Origin: Squalus acanthias | Taxonomy: Eukaryota | NCBI GenBank assembly: GCA_030390025.1 | Contig: CM059432.1 | Span: 77,378,001 to 77,442,000 of the forward strand | DNA: 64,000 bases | Direction: 5' to 3' | Shown: one piece after another, positions 58,485-64,000 of the stretch | Numbering within the stretch: position 1 is the stretch's first letter | How the letters are laid out: each line of letters begins with the position of its first letter | Notes under the pieces: model-generated | Told to the model about the DNA's origin: nothing | Seen by the model: the letters and a program-made list of their open reading frames with translations, nothing else | Databases searched by the model: none | Position numbers and translations under genes: made by a program

Positions 58485-60250
58485 AGTTAAACACGATTTG
58501 CCTTTAACAAATCCGTGCTGGCTTTCCTTAATTAATCTACATTTGTCCAAGTGACTGTTAATTTTGTCCCTGATTATCATTTCTAAAAGCTTCCCCACTA
58601 CCAAGGTTAAACTGACTGGCTGTAGTTGCTGGGCTCATCCTTACACCCATTTTTGAACAAGGGTGTAACATTTGCAATTCTCCAGTCCTCTGGCACCACG
58701 CCTGTATCTAAGGAAGATTGGAAGATTATGGCCAATACCTCCGCAATTTCCACCTTAACTTCCCTCAGCATCCTAGGAAGCATCCCATCCGGTCCTGGTG
58801 ACTTATCTACTTTAAGTACAGCCAGCCTTTCTAGTACCTTCTCTTTATCAATTTTTATCCCATCCAGTATCTCCACTACCTCCTCTTTCACTATGACTTT
58901 GGCCGCATCTTCTTCCTTGGTGAAGACAGATGCAAAGTACTCATTTAGTACCTCAGCCATGCCCTCTGCCTCCACGTGTAGGTCTTCTTTTAGCTCTCTA
59001 ATCGGTCCCACCCCTCCTCTTACTACCTGTTTATTATTTATATGCCTATAGAAGACTTTTGAATTCCCTTTTATGTTAGCTGCCAATGTATTCTCATACT
59101 CTCTCTTTGCCCCTCTTATATTCTTTTTCATTTTCCCATTGAACTTCCAATATTCAGCCTGATTCTCACTTGTATTCTCAACCTGACATTTGTCATACGC
59201 ACTCTTTTTCTGCTTCATCTTACTCTCTATCTCTTTCGTCATCCAGGGAGCTCTGACTTTGGTTGCCCTACCTTTCCCCCTCGTGGGAATGTACCTCGAC
59301 TGTACCCGAACCATCTCTTCTTTAAAGGCAGCCCATTGTTCGATTACAGTTTTGCCTGCCAATCTTCGATTCCAATTTACCCGGGCCAGATCCGTTCTCA
59401 ACCCACTGAAATTGGCCTTCCTCCAATTAAGTATTTCTACTCCAGATTGCTCCCTGTCCTTTTGCAAAGCTAATCTAAACCTTATGATACTATGATCACT
59501 ATTCCCTAAATGTTCTCCTACTGACATTTGCTCCCACCTCAGTTCCCAGAACCAGATCCAGCAATGCCTCCTTCCTCGCTGGGCCGGAAATGTACTGATC
59601 AAGAAAGTTCTCCTGAACACACTTCAGTAATTCTTCCCCCTCTCTGCCCTTTACACTATTACTATCCCAGTCTATATTAGGATCGTTGAAGTCCCACATT
59701 ATCACTACTCTATAGTTCTTGCACCTGTCTGTAATTTCCCTGCAAATTTGCTCCTCTATATGCTTCCCACTAGTTGGTAACCTATAGAATATACCTAGTA
59801 GTGTAATGGCACCTCTATTATTTTTTAACTCTAACCAAATAGATTCTGTCCTTGACCCCTCCAGGACATCCCCTCTCTCCAGCACTGTAACATTCACCTT
59901 AACCAATACAGCCACCCCACCTCCTTTCTTTCCTTCCCTATCTTTCCTGAACACCTTATATCCAGGAATATTTAATACCCAATCCTGTCCTTTTTTGAGC
60001 AAGGTCTTCATTATTGTACAACATCATATTCCCATGTGGCTATTAGCACCTGCAGCTCACCAACCTTATTTACCACACTTGGAGCATTTACACACATACA
60101 CTGTAAACTTTTTCTTAGATCTTCTTGTATTCTCTCTGAGTCTGACTCCACCTAATACCTTACTGTTTCTTATTCTAGTGCTATCTGTCTCTCCCCATCC
60201 TTTGTGTACCTCCTTTCCCCTTTTAATGCTACATCCTGGTGCCCATCCCT
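58485..60250 (-). mobile_element. CR1 inter-ORF region, APE endonuclease and RT first half
   Basis: KKGGGVAVLVK, DFNDPNIDW, LGNSDH, PWMTKEI, KSPGPDG, ends at QHGFVKGKSCLTN. Confidence 0.93.
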
Positions 60251-61904
60251 AGGATGTTGAGACATGGAAGCTGAGACTTCAGCCATCAGGTGTTGCATGA
60301 TGGTTGGGTCCACAAGTGTGCTAATGGATCTGCCCACTCCTTCCACGCCGGAAAGGATGGGCTCCAAGCTCTGCCCAAAGCCCTGAACAAGGCTGGAACT
60401 GGACTCCTACTTACTCCTTAACTTTGTATTCAGGCTTTCTGGCAGGCCTGCCAATGCACCAAGCATTTCATTGTGCATACAAATCAGCATTCTTCTGTAG
60501 CCCGCCCCATCGAAGTTTTCCTCTCCGGGGAGCTGGCACCTGAGCTACCTTTTCCCTCAGCCCTGGCTGCAGGCCCCTCGTGCCCGGTATCTCACCATGG
60601 GCAGATCCCGTGTCTAACCTATCCTCTAAAGTGCGCGGAGTGTCAGTATCTGAGTTGGTGGCTGGGAGTGTGAAATCAAGTGACAGTGTTTCTTCTTCTT
60701 CTACTTCACTCTCCTCTCCCTCTTCATGTTGACAGCCTGGCACAAGGGTAGTGTTGTGGTGAGGGGAGGGGGTAAAGCAAAAGGAGCATTTATACCATGT
60801 GCAGATTGTAAATCATAAGAGATTGTGGGATGAGGGGGAAGTGGGATGTGAGAAGGAGGATAACATATGAGGATACCAGTATCTTGTATCCTTTCAGCCC
60901 CACCGCTGGCCAAGGGCTCAGCCACGCCTCTGCCAAGAATGGCCAGCACCGTCTCCTCCAAGGGGGTGAGGTCATGCTGGCGCACCTGTTCCCCCATCGG
61001 TTAAGGTCTGCTGCCACCGGTTATGCACCATCTTTTTCTGGATGAATAGCTGCCAGTGTGTTCAAGCTGTGCAATGTGGGTGTGAGGCTTGCAGCAGTGG
61101 TAAGTATGCACGGGTGAGGTGAATCTATGAATGTGAGGTGTGTGTCGTGTTTGGTAGAGATTGTTGGTAGGTGAATGAGGGGGGTGTGGTGCATTGAGCA
61201 GTGTGTGAGGCTGGTGGTGCAGATGGTGGGATATGGCATTTGAAGATTAATTGACTGACCTTGATCACTCGTGTGAGGTCATTAAATTTTTCCTGCACTG
61301 AGTCCAGGTCCTTGGGGCTATTGGTGGCAATTACCACATTGGCTATCTGCTTTCACTGCAGTCTTGTCTGTTGCTTGGAGGCCACCTGGCCCCCTGTGGA
61401 AAGAGGACCTCTCTCCTGGAGTTGACCTCCTGGACCATGGCCTCCAGTGCTGCATCCGAGAACCTTGGAGCCCTTTCTCTGGCCTGTTGAGCCATTACTC
61501 AGTCTTATTCTTTATAACACTTGCCTCCATAACCAGTTCCAGAACTTGTTGCAGGCAGAAGGTACCTCCCCTTTAAGAGGTGCAGACTGCCTTTAAGAAG
61601 TGGAGGCTAGCTTTAATTAGAGCTAGCCTCGCATGAACTTGGGCCCCCTGCTGAACGTTCAGCTACTCAGCAGCACATTCAGTGCTTGGCTGAATGCTAC
61701 AATCATGTAGAGTATCTGGTAGCATGAATTTTATGTGCTGCCTGCAGTCCTCTGAATGGATGCGGGTTGCTATCGCATCACGATCCCCGTGACCATTTTC
61801 AGGGGATTCCGAATTTCTAGGCCCTAGACTGTCTGTACAAATTTTTAACTTAAAAACATTTTGAAATAGTTTCCAAGCTGCAATTTTTATGAAAAAGTTT
61901 TTAA

Positions 61905-62790
61905 GAACATAAGAACATAAGAAATAGGAGCAGGAGTAGGACATTTGACCCTCGAGCCTGCTCCACCATTCAATAAGATCATGGCTAATCTGGTCTTGGC
62001 CTCAACTCCACTTTCCTGCCCGCTCCCCAAAACCCTTGACTCCCTTATTGTTCAAAAATCTGTCTATCTCCATCTTAAATATAGTCAATGACCCAGCCTG
62101 CACAGCTCTCTGGGGTAGAGAATTCCAAAGATTCATGACCCTCTGAGAGAAGAAATTCCTCCTCATCTCCGTTTTAAGTGGGCGACCCCTTATTCTGAAA
62201 CTATGCCCCCGAGTTCTAGATTCCCCCACGAGGGGAAACATCCTCTCTGCATCTACCCTGTCAAGCCCCCTCAGAATCTTATACGTTTCAATAAGATCAC
62301 CTCTCATTCTTCTAAACTCCAATGAGTATAGGCCCAACCTGCTCAACCTTTCTTCATAAGACAACCCCTTCATCTCAGGAATTAACCTAGTAAACCTTCT
62401 CTGAACTGCCTCCAATGCAAGTATATCACTCCTTAAATAAGGAGACCAAAACTGTACGCAGTACTCCAGGTGTGGTCTCACCAACGCCCTGTACAGTTGT
62501 AGCAAGACTTCCTTACTTTTATACTCCATCCCCCTTGCAATAAAGGCCAACATTCCATTTGCCTTCCTAATTACTTGCTGTACCTGCATGTTAACTTTTT
62601 GTGTTTCATGTACGAGGACCCCCAGATCCCTCTGTACCGCAGCATTTTGTAATCTCCCTCCATTTAAATAATAATTTGCTTTTTTATTTTTCCTACCAAA
62701 GTGGATAACCTCACATTTTCCCACATTATACTCCATCTGCCAAATTTTGCCCACTCACTTAACCTATCTATATCCCTTTGCAGATTCTTT
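61905..62790 (-). mobile_element. CR1 3' part with an intact reading frame (ORF 62002-62754)
   Basis: WQMEYNVGKC...RPHLEYCVQFWSP...; tail (TTCTTATG)2. Confidence 0.95.
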
Positions 62791-64000
62791 GGGCTCGATT
62801 TTGCCAGGCCTGAGGAGGCGGGATTGGAGGCGTGTGAGGTGGTAAAATCGCAAAAAATGGTGGGTGGGCCCAATCCCGCCTCCATCCCGCCTCCGAGCAA
62901 TTTTCCCAAATGTGTGTTTTTGACCCCGTTTCCATCATGTCTCCAAGAGGCGGGATAGGCCCTTAAGGCCCTTAACAACCAGTTAAGTACCTCTATAATC
63001 CCAGTTTGAGAGGCCTTTCTGATTTTCCCACTTTTCCCACATCCTGCACGTCTCCTCTGGAACACGCCAGTGAATCCTGGCGGCCTCACAAGTGGATTGC
63101 TTACTAACAGCTGCAGCTCCACCATTAAAAAGGAGTTTTCACCAATCATCATTTGCAGGTGGCAGAACTTTGTTGTCTCAGGTCTGGAGGAATTTTTAGC
63201 AGGCATACCCATTGTTGTGGAAGTTTGGAGCCTGAGACCTATCTCCAGTCTGACCTCCTGGGAAACCACTCTCGCCACCTTGACTGAGCGCTTTCTGAAC
63301 TGAGGCATATCCCAGAAGCATGGGAACCATTTATTTCCTTTCCTCCTGGACATCAGATTCGGACGAAGACCAGCCATGGCAGCAGCAGAACCATGAACAA
63401 CAGCACCACCAACAGCAGCAGCAACAACAGGAGCGCCAAGCTGCTGCTCACCCACCTAAAGCTGCACAGGCCAGAAGGCACCAGCGCGCGACCACATTGC
63501 TGCCCGGGATGCAAGGGACGCACTCATCTTGGCCAGATTTGCTTAACCTGCACAATCAAACACTTTTGCCTCATACCTTCTTATCAGACCATTGACAATG
63601 GCCAAGAACCTACGGATTCCTATCACTCTGACCACCATACTGACAATTGCAAGTCGCCCTAAGCCCTCAATGTAGAAGTCCCATTAGCGAAATGACACAC
63701 GTCAGAACTGCAACAATTTGCCATCAGAATTTTTAATGACAATAAGCAACTGATGGCTTTTCAAAATTAAACACAACATTACACCCAAGTGACTACTCTT
63801 GTGACTACTTGTGCATTATCTTCTTCTTACGCATGCTCCTACGTGGTGCTTCCCCTGTGGCTTCAGCAGATGTGGAGGCCCCTTGCTCACTTTCTTGCTG
63901 CTCCTGTCTCGACACCTTTGGTGGGCGTCCTCTGGGGTTGCGAACCTGTGAGGGCTCAGCAACAGTCTGCTGCTCCTGCGGCTGTGCAGGGGTTGAGACG
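62791..64000 (+). mobile_element. Harbinger derivative inserted in CR1; runs off the window
   Basis: Terminus GGGCTCGATTTTGCC; Q/H-rich stub 63320-63540 like family B; Myb-3'-like sequence on minus after ~63790. Confidence 0.6.

Larger units (their letters stand above)
54780..61495 (-). pseudogene. Harbinger Myb/SANT-like gene of element E (61495-60255 and 55305-54780), exon 3 interrupted by CR1
   Basis: MAQQARERAPRFSDAALEAMV...KFNDLTRVIK|GTCAG; exon-3 text resumes IAAQTKVIQ after the insertion. Confidence 0.85.
52936..61823 (-). mobile_element. Two-gene Harbinger element E with CTA TSD, split by a ~4.9-kb CR1 complex
   Basis: GGCCTAG(TTGC) / GAATTTCTAGGCC ends; CTA on both flanks; transposase +, Myb -. 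Confidence 0.88.

Noticed and set aside
62664..63455. 263-aa minus ORF as a novel gene
   Set aside because: Crosses a Harbinger/CR1 junction off-frame; no recognisable domain

Overview
This window is eukaryotic, repeat-saturated DNA, most likely from a cartilaginous fish. That inference rests on SacSINE1-like tRNA/Deu-domain SINEs and shark-type CR1 3' tails. I found no prokaryotic features and no confidently identifiable host gene; nearly all ORFs in the track are transposon fragments or antisense shadows. Contents: (i) many PIF/Harbinger DNA transposons, each with a convergent pair of an intronless HARBI1-like DDE transposase and a 3-exon Myb/SANT-coiled-coil gene, plus non-autonomous derivatives and MITEs; (ii) CR1, L2 and another CR1-group LINE; (iii) tRNA/Deu SINEs; (iv) a 7.2-kb endogenous retrovirus-like provirus (33033-40248, minus strand) with ~760-bp LTRs, a Lys PBS, a near-intact ~628-codon Gag with late-domain motifs, an in-frame TGA gag-pro junction, no RT/IN and a decayed env-like segment; (v) a Penelope-like insert with a hammerhead ribozyme core; (vi) a 56-bp tandem array at a CR1 5' end. 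The best candidate for an undescribed system is the provirus, followed by the Harbinger cis-architecture and the hammerhead insert. Coordinates and translations were worked out by eye, and family names are recognition-based, not search results.
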